39,689 bases of DNA from a virus (Duplodnaviria; Caudoviricetes). The DNA lies in the IMG/VR virus record IMGVR_UViG_3300027192_000171, positions 1 to 39,689 of that record; one strand, written 5' to 3'. Below the pieces are notes generated by a model that had not been told where the DNA came from, ran no database searches, and worked only from the letters and a program-made list of their open reading frames with translations. Position numbers and translations under genes: made by a program. Positions 1 through 9,840 of the stretch are shown in pieces (position 1 is the first letter of the stretch; each line of letters starts with the position of its first letter).

Positions 1-592
1 TAAGAAAGATCTTAAAATGTGGATCGAAAAGAATAATGTCAATGTAGAAGAAGTTAATTGTGATGACTTTATCTTTACTAAGATTTTACAAGGAGATAAA
101 AGTGATAATATTCCATCAGTTGTTACATGGACTAAAGCTGCTCGATCTGGTAAAATCATGAACTATTCTATTACTGAAAAGCATGCTAATAAAATTTTAG
201 ATCAATATAAGAAAGAAGAAGGTAACTTTCATATTGATAATTTCTTTAATCGAGCAAGTACAGACAAGATTGTTGATATGATTTATAGAGTTATTGGTAT
301 GAGTAGTATTGAAGAAATTAAAGCACGATTTAATCAAAATTTAGATCTAATGCTACTTCACTATAATACCATTCCAGATGCTATTCAAAAGCAAATCTAT
401 AAAAATGTTGAAAAAGATTTAAATGTAATTCCAGATACGTCAAAATTGACTAAAATGGAATATATCCTTGAAGGAACTTATTGGATGAAACAGGCGACAG
501 GAACTCCAGCAGGCTACGATCCATTTGCAAATTTAAATTTAACTGAAACAGAAGCAGTCCAGGATAATAAAATATCTAACGAATTATTCTAA
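1..592 (+). CDS. 5'-3' exonuclease / RNase H (T4 rnh-like), 5' end outside the window
   Basis: KILQGDKSDNIPSV matches the H3TH motif of FEN/5'-3' exonucleases; frame is open from position 2 (KKDLKM...). Confidence 0.75.
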   Translation, partial: KKDLKMWIEKNNVNVEEVNCDDFIFTKILQGDKSDNIPSVVTWTKAARSGKIMNYSITEKHANKILDQYKKEEGNFHIDNFFNRASTDKIVDMIYRVIGMSSIEEIKARFNQNLDLMLLHYNTIPDAIQKQIYKNVEKDLNVIPDTSKLTKMEYILEGTYWMKQATGTPAGYDPFANLNLTETEAVQDNKISNELF

Positions 593-593
593 G

Positions 594-1019
594 ATGCTAG
601 ACGAAACTAAATTATTTGACTTTGTAAAGATTATGTTTACAAAGCCAAAGGAATATAATGCAATTAAAAACCATAACAAAAAGCGCCATCATTTTATGAT
701 TAATCGCTTCTTTGCTATCAAGTTTCCTGCAAATGCGCAACTATTCAATGTTAATGGAATTAATCCAATTGCGGTAATTGATAGTTGGCAATTAGTTGCT
801 CAGCGATTTAAAGGAGTTCCAGGATGGGTTTATACCAAAACCAAAAAGTCAACAACAGTAAAAGATAAATCTAAATATATACCAAGTGAAGAAGCTATCA
901 AAGTCTTTCTAGAAAAGAATGAAATTGGTAAGAGAGAGTTTAAAGAACTTGAAAAGTATTCACGAGAAGAATTGTATAAAACATTACAAGTTATTGAGAA
1001 ATCAATGCAAGTATACTAA
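594..1019 (+). CDS. Clamp loader small subunit (T4 gp62-like)
   Basis: 141 aa; LFDFVK...FMINRFFA...W.(K)KK layout resembles gp62 of T4-like phages; next to the exonuclease. Confidence 0.55.
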   Translation: MLDETKLFDFVKIMFTKPKEYNAIKNHNKKRHHFMINRFFAIKFPANAQLFNVNGINPIAVIDSWQLVAQRFKGVPGWVYTKTKKSTTVKDKSKYIPSEEAIKVFLEKNEIGKREFKELEKYSREELYKTLQVIEKSMQVY

Positions 1020-1029
1020 TTAGATTTAG

Positions 1030-1683
1030 ATGGAAGTCGATTTTACGCTATTTTCTACCGCGATTAACGCGACGCTTTATAAGTATAACTATTTAGATAA
1101 TCAAATTTGGACTCGCCTTAAGAATACGGTGGATTACATTGAAATTGAACATGATTCAATTTTAGTAAGTTCAGATCAATTGATCGAATTCTTAGAAATT
1201 AACTATCGTCCTATCGTCAATAGGATTAAAGCAGTTGGTGCCGAATTCTTACATAAAGAAGTAAACACACCGTGGTTTTTATATGCGGTACTTAATGAAA
1301 TGCAAGACTTACAGTATATTAAATTCAATTTAAATTGCGATAAAAAATATACTCGATTGGTCGAAATAGATGGAGATAAAATGATCAAATTTGATTTTAA
1401 AGTTCTATCTATGACAATTAATTTCTATGATTTCTTTACTAAATCTGAATTAGATAGATTAAACAAATCTCTTGTAAGATTAAATCTATTTGAAGAAGGA
1501 GTACCATACCTTAGAATGTTATTAGTTGACTTCTTAAATAAAATTGATGAATTTGTTTCAAAGTCATATGACGCAGACGAATCTGTTAAAAAAGAAGCGG
1601 ACTTATTGGCATCGTTTATGGATCTCGTAGACCCTAAATTAGAAAGAGATAATCCATTAGTTCTCTTTGTTACAGACTATTGA
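1030..1683 (+). CDS. Hypothetical protein
   Basis: 217 aa ORF, tightly packed, no motif recognised. Confidence 0.8.
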   Translation: MEVDFTLFSTAINATLYKYNYLDNQIWTRLKNTVDYIEIEHDSILVSSDQLIEFLEINYRPIVNRIKAVGAEFLHKEVNTPWFLYAVLNEMQDLQYIKFNLNCDKKYTRLVEIDGDKMIKFDFKVLSMTINFYDFFTKSELDRLNKSLVRLNLFEEGVPYLRMLLVDFLNKIDEFVSKSYDADESVKKEADLLASFMDLVDPKLERDNPLVLFVTDY

Positions 1684-1695
1684 TATATTTTATCA

Positions 1696-1704
1696 GAATA
1701 TATA
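1696..1704 (+). promoter_or_regulatory. Putative late promoter (GAATATATA variant)
   Basis: ATA(T/A)ATA motif ahead of the structural operon. Confidence 0.4.
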
Positions 1705-1725
1705 GATAAAATATATCGGTAACAT

Positions 1726-2136
1726 ATGCAATTATTTAATAATTTTGGTAAAAGAGAAGGTTTAGTTTATCTTATAGTTTTTCTATGGGTTACTATGGGA
1801 GTACTAGGTGCTTGGAAAGGTGCTGACTTTTCAGATCTTTCTATTTATTTTGGATCATTAACCGCATATGCCGCAACATATATTTGGGCAGAATCAAGAA
1901 GACCTAGTGAAAAATCAGGTATTTTTAAATCAGGTCCAAGTTCTCGTAGAGAGATTATGATTTACGTTGTAGTTGGTTTATGGATGATTGCTGGAGTTGC
2001 TGCAATATGGTATTTAGCTAACTTAGAAGCTTTAGCAATGTACTTTGTATCACTTACTGGTTTTGTGGCATCGTGGATTGCAGGTGAAGTTTATACTCCA
2101 CAAGATAAAATTAATAAATCAAATAAAGAAGCATAA
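1726..2136 (+). CDS. Four-TM membrane protein with internal duplication; possible holin
   Basis: Two repeats (IYFGSLTAYAATYIWAES / MYFVSLTGFVASWIAGEV); charged C-terminal tail. Confidence 0.6.
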   Translation: MQLFNNFGKREGLVYLIVFLWVTMGVLGAWKGADFSDLSIYFGSLTAYAATYIWAESRRPSEKSGIFKSGPSSRREIMIYVVVGLWMIAGVAAIWYLANLEALAMYFVSLTGFVASWIAGEVYTPQDKINKSNKEA

Positions 2137-4085
2137 TGGTTACTGGATATACAGCAGATGAATATGGCGATTTTTTAATTGCATCCCTTAAAGATCCATA
2201 CTATAATACAGTTAAAATATTAGATTGGAATATTGTTGCAGGTGTTCAAAATACAAAAACAGTAGGAACACTTACAATTGTTGCAGGTGATGTAACGATT
2301 GATGGAAGAATGACAGATTTTAGTCAGTTTATAGTAGGTGATGAAATTATCATTGGTAATACTACATTTCAAATAGCAACTATTGAATCTCCAATCAGAT
2401 TAACACTAACCGAAGCCCCTCTTTTTTCAACGACAGGAATCGAATTTTATATTCCAGTTAATACATCTAATTACTTTGATTATGAATATAGATGGTCTTA
2501 TGATAACACGCAGTTTTCAGAATTTAGAGAATTAAATAAAACATTAGGATTTGGAGATCTATTAGGTCTAACATTTGATTCTACTAAACCACTTTGGTTA
2601 GATATTAAAGCAGAGGTTGCAGCGCTTTCACAAGCACATACAATTTCATTAATTTCAGTTACTTTTACATTAGAGACTGAATCGGGTACTATTGAAAGTT
2701 GTCCACAATTTTGCGTTGAATGTACAGATCCATTTGCAATGGATGGATGTGCAAATATTGAAGTTTCTTGTGATACTAATTTATTTAATCCATATAACTT
2801 AAACAAGAGCGTTACTATTTATAAGCAACTTGTAGGAATGGTTAGTGACATTTTTGGTCATCAAGTTCAATATTTTAGAACTGAACCTGACTTAAGAACT
2901 GAAGATGTTCACTTAATGGAATATTCACTTCATAATGTGGTTGCTAAACAAAACATTAAAATCTTAGTACCTGATAATGAATTTCCAGAAGAAGCTGCAA
3001 CATACGATATTTTTGGTATGGAATTTGCAGAATTTGAAGTTCATATCACTGCAGAAGAATTTGAAAGGGTTTTTGGCTACAATAAAAAACCACGTAACAA
3101 AGATTATATGTATATTCCTATTGTTAATAGAATGTATGAAGTAAATACTGTTGCAATTGCAGATGAATTTAATAAGACAAAATCTTATTGGAAAGTAATG
3201 TTAACTAAGTACCAAGATCGTACATCGGTTATTAAGAATACATTTGAAATTGAAACTGATAATTTAATTACAGGTGTTGAAGAAGTTTTTGGTGAAAGAC
3301 AAAAAGAAGAGCAAAAGAAAGATACTAATCCAGTACAATTTCAAACAGTTTCAACATCCTATAGAGATGGAATCAGAGGATTTGTTGACCGTTCTCTCAC
3401 AATTGTTGACTATGATTTAAAGAATCGCTGGACGGTTGTTAGTAAAAATTACTACGATTTATCAAAATTATCTGTTCAAAGCACTGGAGTTGAGTATGCA
3501 ATTCAATCTAAGTTAACAACAGATGAAAACATGGCAATTTCACTATGGTTTTCACCTCAATTCGAATCAAACGATACTGCTGAATATGTTTTATTTGGAG
3601 ATTTAGCTGCTTTAGGCGGTTTTAAATTATTTGTTTCAAATACTAAATTTAAAATCAGCGTTAATGGTAATGACTATGAATTTACACATGGAGTTACTTT
3701 ACAAAAAGGAGAATGGTATGGGTTTATTTTAAACTTTAATAATAAGTTCTTACAATTAGCACTTTCACTATATAGATTAGATCTAAATAATAATACAGGT
3801 ACTACTCCAGGTTCTAGACCACAAGATGGTAATAATAATCTTATTGAAGAATTTAGCGGATTATTATCTATTGGTCAACCTATCACATGGGATTCAGGTT
3901 CTAACTATCACTTGCGTGGAAATAAAACCTTTATGACTAATATTAGAGTATTTACTAATGTAATAGAATATGAACAACATCACAATATATTAAATCAATA
4001 TGTTGTTAGAGACAATCAATTAGCAATTCTTATAGATAATTCTATTCCAAGTTTAGGTTATCAGCGCTTCAAGAACGCCAGATAA
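2136..4085 (+). CDS. Neck/head-closure protein (T4 gp14-like core) with N-terminal extension and C-terminal LamG-like domain
   Basis: IFGHQVQYFR...D.HLME...FGMEF.EFEVHI...KPRNKDYMYIP...MYEV fits gp14; ISLWF...GEWYGFILNF...NIRVF fits LamG/ConA. Confidence 0.65.
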   Translation: MVTGYTADEYGDFLIASLKDPYYNTVKILDWNIVAGVQNTKTVGTLTIVAGDVTIDGRMTDFSQFIVGDEIIIGNTTFQIATIESPIRLTLTEAPLFSTTGIEFYIPVNTSNYFDYEYRWSYDNTQFSEFRELNKTLGFGDLLGLTFDSTKPLWLDIKAEVAALSQAHTISLISVTFTLETESGTIESCPQFCVECTDPFAMDGCANIEVSCDTNLFNPYNLNKSVTIYKQLVGMVSDIFGHQVQYFRTEPDLRTEDVHLMEYSLHNVVAKQNIKILVPDNEFPEEAATYDIFGMEFAEFEVHITAEEFERVFGYNKKPRNKDYMYIPIVNRMYEVNTVAIADEFNKTKSYWKVMLTKYQDRTSVIKNTFEIETDNLITGVEEVFGERQKEEQKKDTNPVQFQTVSTSYRDGIRGFVDRSLTIVDYDLKNRWTVVSKNYYDLSKLSVQSTGVEYAIQSKLTTDENMAISLWFSPQFESNDTAEYVLFGDLAALGGFKLFVSNTKFKISVNGNDYEFTHGVTLQKGEWYGFILNFNNKFLQLALSLYRLDLNNNTGTTPGSRPQDGNNNLIEEFSGLLSIGQPITWDSGSNYHLRGNKTFMTNIRVFTNVIEYEQHHNILNQYVVRDNQLAILIDNSIPSLGYQRFKNAR

Positions 4086-4090
4086 AATTG

Positions 4091-4099
4091 GAATAAATA
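4091..4099 (+). promoter_or_regulatory. Putative late promoter (GAATAAATA)
   Basis: Motif upstream of the terminase small subunit. Confidence 0.4.
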
Positions 4100-4121
4100 A
4101 TCTATAATAAAATTAGTATTT

Positions 4122-4766
4122 ATGTCAAACGATAAGAAAAGTATAAAATCACAGGCAGAAGACATTAGAAAAGAATTAGATGATTTAATTGGAGATAATG
4201 ATCCAATTGAAAATGTAATTGAAACTGATCCAACTCTTCCGGCTAAAAATGATCTTCCATCACTTCCAAGTTATAGTGAATTAAAAGCTAATTCATCAAC
4301 AAAGGCAAAGAGAACAATCACATCTTTAATGAAGTTCTATCTAGATGAAGATATCATTGAAAGAGATGAATACATTCAGGCTAAAAAGAAGATCGACGAG
4401 ATGACTATGTCCTCGTTGATATATCAATTACAAGCAGGTGAAAGAGCTCTTACAACACTTCTAGAAGTGATTGAGGATGGTGATGTTGCTCCTAGAATGT
4501 TTGAAGTTCTTGCAACGTTGCAAAAGTCAATGCTCGATATTATTAAATCACAAACAATGTATTTGATGGCCGCTGAAGAAGGTGCTAAAAGAATTGCAAG
4601 AGATATCGAAATCTATAGAAAACGCGATGATGTTAGAGAAATTGAAGCCTCTTCAGGTGGAATTCCAACTGGAGATATGGTTCAAAGAGGTACTAAAGAT
4701 CTAATGCGTATGATTCGTAATGGAATTAACGATAGTGAAATTGAAGACGTAGAAATTACAGAATAA
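4122..4766 (+). CDS. Terminase small subunit (gp16-like)
   Basis: PRMFEVLATLQKSM motif as in T4 gp16; overlaps the large-subunit start (TAATG). Confidence 0.75.
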   Translation: MSNDKKSIKSQAEDIRKELDDLIGDNDPIENVIETDPTLPAKNDLPSLPSYSELKANSSTKAKRTITSLMKFYLDEDIIERDEYIQAKKKIDEMTMSSLIYQLQAGERALTTLLEVIEDGDVAPRMFEVLATLQKSMLDIIKSQTMYLMAAEEGAKRIARDIEIYRKRDDVREIEASSGGIPTGDMVQRGTKDLMRMIRNGINDSEIEDVEITE

Positions 4767-6592
4767 TGAGCGATTACGTAGGAGATAATAGATGGATCCC
4801 TAAAGGTGAATCCACCGATGAAGCTAATAAATTAATCTGGTCAACTAAAAGTATTAATGAATTAATGTTAGCACTGGACCGTGGTTATAGACCACAGGTC
4901 CCAATGCCATTTTATGAGGGTAAACAATTTCTACGCAGAGGTAACATTGTATTTGAATATACTGAAGAAGAAATTGCAGAACTTGCAAAGTGTGCAAATG
5001 ACATTGTTTATTTTGCAGAAACCTACGCAGTTGTAATGACAGATAACGGTATTCAAAAAGTAAAACTTAGAGATTATCAAAAAGATCTATTAAGATCTTT
5101 TCAGGACAATCGATTTAATATTGTTCTTGCATCTCGACAGATGGGTAAAACAGTTACTGCGTCTATCTTTAATGCATGGTATTTAACCTTCAATTACGAT
5201 AAAACAACACTATTACTTGCAAACAAATCTGAATCAACTAAAGAAATTATCGATAAGGCAAAAGTTGTAATTGAAAACTTACCATATTTTATGAAACCTG
5301 GCATTATTAAATATGATGTCATGAATGTTCGTTCAGACAATGGATGTCGTCTAGTAGGACAATCAACTACCGCAAAATCAGGTATTGGTTTTACAATTCA
5401 CAACTTATATCTTGATGAGTTTGCTCACGTACATCCAACCATCGTAGATTCTTTCTATGAAAACGTTTACCCTACACTTTCAGCTTCTAAGATTTCACGT
5501 ATTAACATTACTTCTACTCCAAATGGTTTTAATAAGTTCTATGAAATTTATGCTGAAGCTGAAAAGGGAAATAATGAATATAATGCAACTAGAATCGATT
5601 GGTGGCAACATCCAGATAGAGATGAAGATTGGTACAAAAGAGAACTTGGTAACTTAGGTTCAGAAGATGCGTTTAATAGGCAATACGGTAATGAATTTAC
5701 AAGTTCATCTACTCTTCTATTAAGTCCAGGTACTATGAAAACAATTCGTCAAAAGGCTAAGAAATTTGAATGGTATGATTTTGAAGAATTCGATAATATA
5801 CATATAGATACAAAAGGTTATTTAGCGTTTGATCCAGATTTTGACGTTGAAGATGCTTCAAATAGTCAAAGATATTATTTGTTTTCAGTTGATATCGCAG
5901 AAGGAAACGGAGGAGATCATTCAGTTATTAACATTTTTGAAGTTGAACCGATGGATGATAAAGATATCGAAAACTTTATAAGTCCTGGTGCAATGTACGA
6001 TTTCTTTAAATTAAATCAGGTTGGAGTCTTTCATAGTAATGAACATCCAATTGAAGATTTTGCTAAGATACTATATACATTAGCAATCGATATTTTTAAT
6101 CCAGAGAATACTAAATTAATTATTGAATATAATACATATGGAAGTATTCTATTAAAATACCTGAGTACTATTTTTCCAGGTCGAAATGACTTTGAAGATG
6201 AAATGGTATTAAGATTTAAGCATAGACATGATGCTAAAACTCTTAAACCTGGACTTAGATTAAAAAGCGATAACAAATCAGTCTTTTGTCAAAATTTTAG
6301 AAAACAAATAGAAATGAATCGCGTTAAAATCAATGATATCGAAACGGTTCAAGAAGCTTCATTATTTGGCGTACTTAGAAATGGAAGCTATGGAGCTCAA
6401 ATGGGACATGATGATATTATTATGACAGCAATCACTGCAACTGAGTTTTTTGGCACTACAGATTATGCAGATTATGTTGAAGAATTATTAGATGTTATAG
6501 AACCAGAAAAGTTCGAACTTATGGAACAAGTTCTATATAAAGATACCGATGTTCAAGGAGATTTACAGTATGATATTTACGATTTGTTATAA
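4766..6592 (+). CDS. Terminase large subunit (gp17-like)
   Basis: LRDYQ, SRQMGKT Walker A, LYLDEFAH Walker B, ITSTPNG; nuclease motifs VDIAEG and HDD. Confidence 0.97.
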   Translation: MSDYVGDNRWIPKGESTDEANKLIWSTKSINELMLALDRGYRPQVPMPFYEGKQFLRRGNIVFEYTEEEIAELAKCANDIVYFAETYAVVMTDNGIQKVKLRDYQKDLLRSFQDNRFNIVLASRQMGKTVTASIFNAWYLTFNYDKTTLLLANKSESTKEIIDKAKVVIENLPYFMKPGIIKYDVMNVRSDNGCRLVGQSTTAKSGIGFTIHNLYLDEFAHVHPTIVDSFYENVYPTLSASKISRINITSTPNGFNKFYEIYAEAEKGNNEYNATRIDWWQHPDRDEDWYKRELGNLGSEDAFNRQYGNEFTSSSTLLLSPGTMKTIRQKAKKFEWYDFEEFDNIHIDTKGYLAFDPDFDVEDASNSQRYYLFSVDIAEGNGGDHSVINIFEVEPMDDKDIENFISPGAMYDFFKLNQVGVFHSNEHPIEDFAKILYTLAIDIFNPENTKLIIEYNTYGSILLKYLSTIFPGRNDFEDEMVLRFKHRHDAKTLKPGLRLKSDNKSVFCQNFRKQIEMNRVKINDIETVQEASLFGVLRNGSYGAQMGHDDIIMTAITATEFFGTTDYADYVEELLDVIEPEKFELMEQVLYKDTDVQGDLQYDIYDLL

Positions 6593-6610
6593 TAAGTCGA
6601 GAATAATTCA

Positions 6611-6618
6611 GATATATA
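6611..6618 (+). promoter_or_regulatory. Putative late promoter GATATATA
   Basis: 30 nt upstream of the sheath ATG; same octamer precedes other late genes. Confidence 0.55.
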
Positions 6619-6648
6619 ATAAAAGCAAAAAAAATAAAAATTAATATT

Positions 6649-8949
6649 ATGGCACTAAGTCCGCAATTATTGCAATTTAAGTCAAGTGGTGTATACAGAT
6701 TAGAGTTTGACAAGTCTCAAACTGCTAATATTAACGTAGAAACACTTAGATTAGTAGTAGGTCACTCTAGAAAAGGACCTTACAACACTCCAGTATTAAT
6801 CTCAAACGTTGAAGAATTCACAAACGTTTTTGGTTCTATTGACAGAGCGTTAGAGAAAAAGGGTATGTTCTTTCACAGATCTGCAGTTGAATCTCTTTCA
6901 AGAGGTCCAATCTTAGCATTAAACGTTTCATCGTTTGCTAATACAGATTTAGGTTCTTACGCATTACCTGTAACTAATGGTTCTTTAGATACACAGGTAG
7001 CAGCAACCGGTACAGCAGAGTACACAAGCTTCTTTGATATGGATAAATTTATGATTCCATCCGATGCTAAAGTTCTTTCTTCTTTAGAAGGAAATGCATT
7101 ATTAAACGATGGTTCATTAATCAACTTAGTTAATATCAAACAATCAGGAATTACCGTTATTGCTAGAAAAGCTCAAAGCGTTTCAGAATTTAATATTACT
7201 GCAAGAGAATGGTATGGTGAAGGTAATGTTCCAGCATTCTTAAATGATTTTGATTACATGTCAGATTTTATGATCGACTTATTTGTATTCAAAGGTGAAT
7301 TTGATCCAGCAGTTATGGCAAACGATCCAGTATATGGAGAATTTTTCTCTGTTGATGGTTTAGATAAAACTAAATTAGCTCAATTCTCTAACTTAAGACA
7401 AGTTAGTTTAGAAGCACAATACACGGGTTCAGTTATTCCAGGTTTTAAAGATCTAGAAGGTAGAAATTTATACATTGAATCAATGATTAATGGAGAATCT
7501 AGAAAAACAGGTTTATTCTGTGCAATTGATGAAGATGCAATCATGGATGAAACAGGAACTAAGATTGACTTAGTTGGTCATAGCTTTGATGCTACTAAAG
7601 ATTATGAATTATTATCATATGTTGTAGAATCTGGAGTTAATGATAGAGTAGTTTCTACATTATTCCCAGGTGTTGATACAATTCCAGCTAATGGAGTTTA
7701 CGCAGCATCAGGTTCTATGTTCACTGTCGATTATGTAGTATTAGCAAATACACCAGCAACATTCCCAATTTCAGTAGGTGATTATGTTCCAGCTAATGCA
7801 GCTGGCAGATTAGCTAAAGTTAAGAGAGTTGCTAAAGCAGGCACAGTTTACACAGTTTATTGTGACGTTGAAGTTCCAGCAGTATGGGGTGGAGAATTTG
7901 CAAAATCATTTGAAAATGCAACATTAGCATACAAACCATTCGTATTATCAAGTGCAACTTTAGCAGCTAAGAAAATTAGTGATTGCCTATCAGCATTACA
8001 AGGTGGTAATGGCATCTATGATGCTTTAGTAGATAAAGATATGATCGATTATAGATACATCGTTGATACTTTCACGTCATATGATTCAACAGGAATCTTA
8101 AATAAAAATCAATTATCTCAGTTAGCACACGACAGACAAAATGCTTCAGCTATCTTAAACGCACCAACGGTTGCAGATTTCAAAGCTTCAACTAATCCAT
8201 CTTTTACAGATGCAGACGGTAACTTTAAAGTTGAGTACATTGCGACAGGTGGTAATTTAGATAAAAACCCAACTGCGTTATACGCTTTACCATCGATTGG
8301 AGAAGGTGCAAATTACGCATTCTATTACGGTCCAGGTTTATTAGTATCTGACAATGGTAAAGATATCGTAGTTCCAGCCGCTGCATATGTTGCTAACAAC
8401 TACTTAGACAAATACACTGCGGCTCAGCCTTGGTCAATCATTGCTGGTCCACGCAGAGGAGTTGTTTCAGGAACAAACGTTAAAGGAACTGAATACTCAT
8501 TCGATAAGTCTGACAGAGATGTATTAGAGCCATTTGGAATCAATCCTATCGTATTCCAAAGAGGAGTTGGTTTAACAATCTTAGGTAATAAAACTGCACA
8601 ACAATCTGTTAAGTCAGCACTCTCTTCTGCACACGTAAGAGAAGCGCTAATCTTTATTCAAGATGGTATTGCAAATATCCTTAAAGATTATGTTTTTGAA
8701 TTCAATAACACTCAAACTCGTTTAGAGATCAAAACTTTAGTCGATTCATTTATGGAATCTGTTAAAGCAGATGGTGGTGTTTATGCTTATAAAAACATTA
8801 TGGATCAAACTAACAACACTGATGAAGTAATCGATAATAACTACGGTATTGTTGATACATACGTAGAACCAGTTAAAGGTTTAGAGATCGTTGTTCATAG
8901 AACTACAATCTTAAATACTGGTGAAATTGCTACAGGAAACTTTAATTAA
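6649..8949 (+). CDS. Tail sheath protein (gp18-like)
   Basis: SSGVYRLEFDKS, GHSRKGPYNTPV, PWSIIAGPRRG, INPI, GNKT, YVFEFN motifs. Confidence 0.95.
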   Translation: MALSPQLLQFKSSGVYRLEFDKSQTANINVETLRLVVGHSRKGPYNTPVLISNVEEFTNVFGSIDRALEKKGMFFHRSAVESLSRGPILALNVSSFANTDLGSYALPVTNGSLDTQVAATGTAEYTSFFDMDKFMIPSDAKVLSSLEGNALLNDGSLINLVNIKQSGITVIARKAQSVSEFNITAREWYGEGNVPAFLNDFDYMSDFMIDLFVFKGEFDPAVMANDPVYGEFFSVDGLDKTKLAQFSNLRQVSLEAQYTGSVIPGFKDLEGRNLYIESMINGESRKTGLFCAIDEDAIMDETGTKIDLVGHSFDATKDYELLSYVVESGVNDRVVSTLFPGVDTIPANGVYAASGSMFTVDYVVLANTPATFPISVGDYVPANAAGRLAKVKRVAKAGTVYTVYCDVEVPAVWGGEFAKSFENATLAYKPFVLSSATLAAKKISDCLSALQGGNGIYDALVDKDMIDYRYIVDTFTSYDSTGILNKNQLSQLAHDRQNASAILNAPTVADFKASTNPSFTDADGNFKVEYIATGGNLDKNPTALYALPSIGEGANYAFYYGPGLLVSDNGKDIVVPAAAYVANNYLDKYTAAQPWSIIAGPRRGVVSGTNVKGTEYSFDKSDRDVLEPFGINPIVFQRGVGLTILGNKTAQQSVKSALSSAHVREALIFIQDGIANILKDYVFEFNNTQTRLEIKTLVDSFMESVKADGGVYAYKNIMDQTNNTDEVIDNNYGIVDTYVEPVKGLEIVVHRTTILNTGEIATGNFN

Positions 8950-8952
8950 TAA

Positions 8953-8960
8953 GATATATA
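8953..8960 (+). promoter_or_regulatory. Putative late promoter GATATATA
   Basis: Upstream of the tail tube gene. Confidence 0.55.
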
Positions 8961-8979
8961 AAAAAATAAAATAATTAAC

Positions 8980-9534
8980 ATGGCTTTACCACACTATTCA
9001 CAAGATCAAACATCGAGAAGCGGTAGACAATTTGAACCAGTTCAGGCAAACTTATTCGAAGTAACAATTCTTCCACCAGCTGGAGTTGCTGATGCGCCTT
9101 TAATGATTCAACATGTCAACTCAATCTCAGGTTTAGATTTATACAAAGAGGTAGCTGCAGTTGAGCAAAAGTACAAGTTTTCAACACGTTCTTTCGCTGG
9201 AATGCCAGATTCAACAACAGTTGATGTAGGTATTAACTTCTCATTAAACTTAAATGATGCTAATCAAGCATACTTATACAAGTCAATGAGAGATTGGTAC
9301 AATAAGCAGTTTAATCCTCAAACTGGTGCAATGGGTCTTAAGAAAGATTACGTTGGTACTATCGTAGTAGTTCAGTTCAATAGAGCTGGAGACATCTACA
9401 GAACTGTAACATTAGAAGATTGCTTTATCACTTCAGGTTTAGCATTCACAAACGAGTTATCTTACGAGACTACTGAAGCTCAAGCTTTAGAAGTAACTTG
9501 GAGATGTGATACTTGGAAGGAAGTATTAGCTTAA
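8980..9534 (+). CDS. Tail tube protein (gp19-like)
   Basis: 184 aa after the sheath; PQTG.MGLKKDY.GTI.V.QF.R.G...R...L motif; ends VTWRCDTW. Confidence 0.9.
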   Translation: MALPHYSQDQTSRSGRQFEPVQANLFEVTILPPAGVADAPLMIQHVNSISGLDLYKEVAAVEQKYKFSTRSFAGMPDSTTVDVGINFSLNLNDANQAYLYKSMRDWYNKQFNPQTGAMGLKKDYVGTIVVVQFNRAGDIYRTVTLEDCFITSGLAFTNELSYETTEAQALEVTWRCDTWKEVLA

Positions 9535-9542
9535 GAATTCAT

Positions 9543-9577
9543 AAATAGGGGATTCAGTAATGTTTCCCCTATTTTTT
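9543..9577 (+). terminator. Intrinsic terminator after tail tube
   Basis: AAATAGGGGA-12 nt-TCCCCTATTT running into a T tract. Confidence 0.75.
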
Positions 9578-9581
9578 CGTG

Positions 9582-9609
9582 AAACAAAAACATAATATGT
9601 TGATATAAT
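9582..9609 (+). promoter_or_regulatory. Putative middle-class promoter AAAC-N18-TATAAT
   Basis: Variant of the AAAC-N17-TATAA motif. Confidence 0.45.
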
Positions 9610-9621
9610 AATAACTATAAA

Positions 9622-9837
9622 ATGGACAAACTAACTAAAAAGTTACAGGTTTTACTTTCAGAAGATGAAGTTACATCAATTAATAGAATCATATTGAATG
9701 ACGCAATTGAAACAAGTGAAAGACCAGTGTCTATTTCTGCATTCATTAGAGAAATCGTTAGAAAAGAAATAGACCTAAGAGCAGATTCTATTAAAGAATG
9801 GAATAAAGATAATATTAAGAAACTTAAAAGTAAATAA
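9622..9837 (+). CDS. Small ribbon-helix-helix-like DNA-binding protein
   Basis: KKLQVLLSEDE...SISAFIREIV pattern of RHH/CopG regulators. Confidence 0.5.
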   Translation: MDKLTKKLQVLLSEDEVTSINRIILNDAIETSERPVSISAFIREIVRKEIDLRADSIKEWNKDNIKKLKSK

Positions 9838-9840
9838 ACT

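Noticed and set aside
4766-6592. Intein or intron in the large terminase
   Set aside because: Length (608 aa) and motif spacing match an uninterrupted gp17; no intein terminal motifs.
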